Shown piece by piece: positions 24,979-25,329 of a stretch of 25,329 nt of DNA. The stretch's first letter is position 1. Every line of letters begins with the position of its first letter. A model generated the notes under the pieces. It saw nothing but the letters and a program-made list of their open reading frames with translations, was not told the origin of the DNA and did no database searches. A program made the position numbers and the translations under genes. This stretch comes from Candidatus Scatosoma sp. (lineage in GTDB: Bacteria; Bacillota; Clostridia; Christensenellales; Borkfalkiaceae): assembly GCA_045535685.1 (NCBI GenBank), contig JAZSMB010000159.1, forward strand, positions 1 to 25,329, read 5' to 3'.

Positions 24979-25329
24979 ATGCAAAATCGACAAAGAGAAC
25001 TGGTAGATATCCTCAACAAATGGGCGCACGAATATTACGTGCTGGATAACCCTACGGTGTCGGATAAAGAATACGACGCCTTATACGACGAGCTTAGAAA
25101 ACTCGAAGAGCAAACGGGCGTCGTTTTGGACGATAGCCCCACCAAGCGCGTAGGCGGCGAACCGATCAAAGGGTTTGAAAAACACGTGCATATCGCCCGT
25201 CTTTTTAGCTTGGACAAATGTGTGACGGAAGAAGAGCTGACGGCGTTTACCACGCGCGTAGAAAAGGCTACGATGGGGGCAGGTATGCGTTCACGCTACA
25301 CCGTTGAGTATAAATTCGACGGTTTGACC
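24979..25329 (+). CDS. ligA: NAD-dependent DNA ligase, 5' part (runs off the window)
   Basis: Hand translation from ATG 24979: MQNRQRELVDILNKWAHEYYVLDNPTVSDKEYDALYDEL...SPTKRVGG...LFSLDK...EYKFDGLT (KxDG adenylation motif). Confidence 0.95.
   Translation, partial: MQNRQRELVDILNKWAHEYYVLDNPTVSDKEYDALYDELRKLEEQTGVVLDDSPTKRVGGEPIKGFEKHVHIARLFSLDKCVTEEELTAFTTRVEKATMGAGMRSRYTVEYKFDGLT

Overview
Chromosomal housekeeping and metabolic region of a Clostridia-like (Bacillota) anaerobe; the taxon is inferred from gene content, sigmaA-type promoters and SD sequences. Every gene I can support is on the + strand. In order: an aspC-like aminotransferase (cut by the window edge, with an in-frame TAA), a small P-loop protein, thrC, a DUF5685 / J-domain-like Cys-tail protein / membrane protein / rlmD cluster, an AT-rich orphan gene followed by a nested repeat, a polar amino-acid ABC transporter with a TrpR-like (YerC/HisR) regulator, YhcH / Derlin-like / RluA, a 674-aa putative glycoside hydrolase, iorA-iorB-paaK-ACT-luxS-nitroreductase-BFD, superoxide reductase plus a flavin-reductase/rubredoxin fusion, rpsU (absent from the ORF track), an orphan, pcrA, a Clostridiales-1-like structured RNA/repeat on the - strand, and the start of ligA. 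I see no rRNA, tRNA, CRISPR array, transposase, integrase or phage gene. The strongest leads are: (i) the DUF5685 + HPD-less J-domain/cysteine-string operon; (ii) the AT-rich gene and the empty-site/filled-site repeat at the rlmD 3' end; (iii) the structured RNA wedged between pcrA and ligA; (iv) several single-base hits in normally invariant motifs, for which sequence error must be excluded first. All family assignments come from motif recognition by eye; no searches were run.
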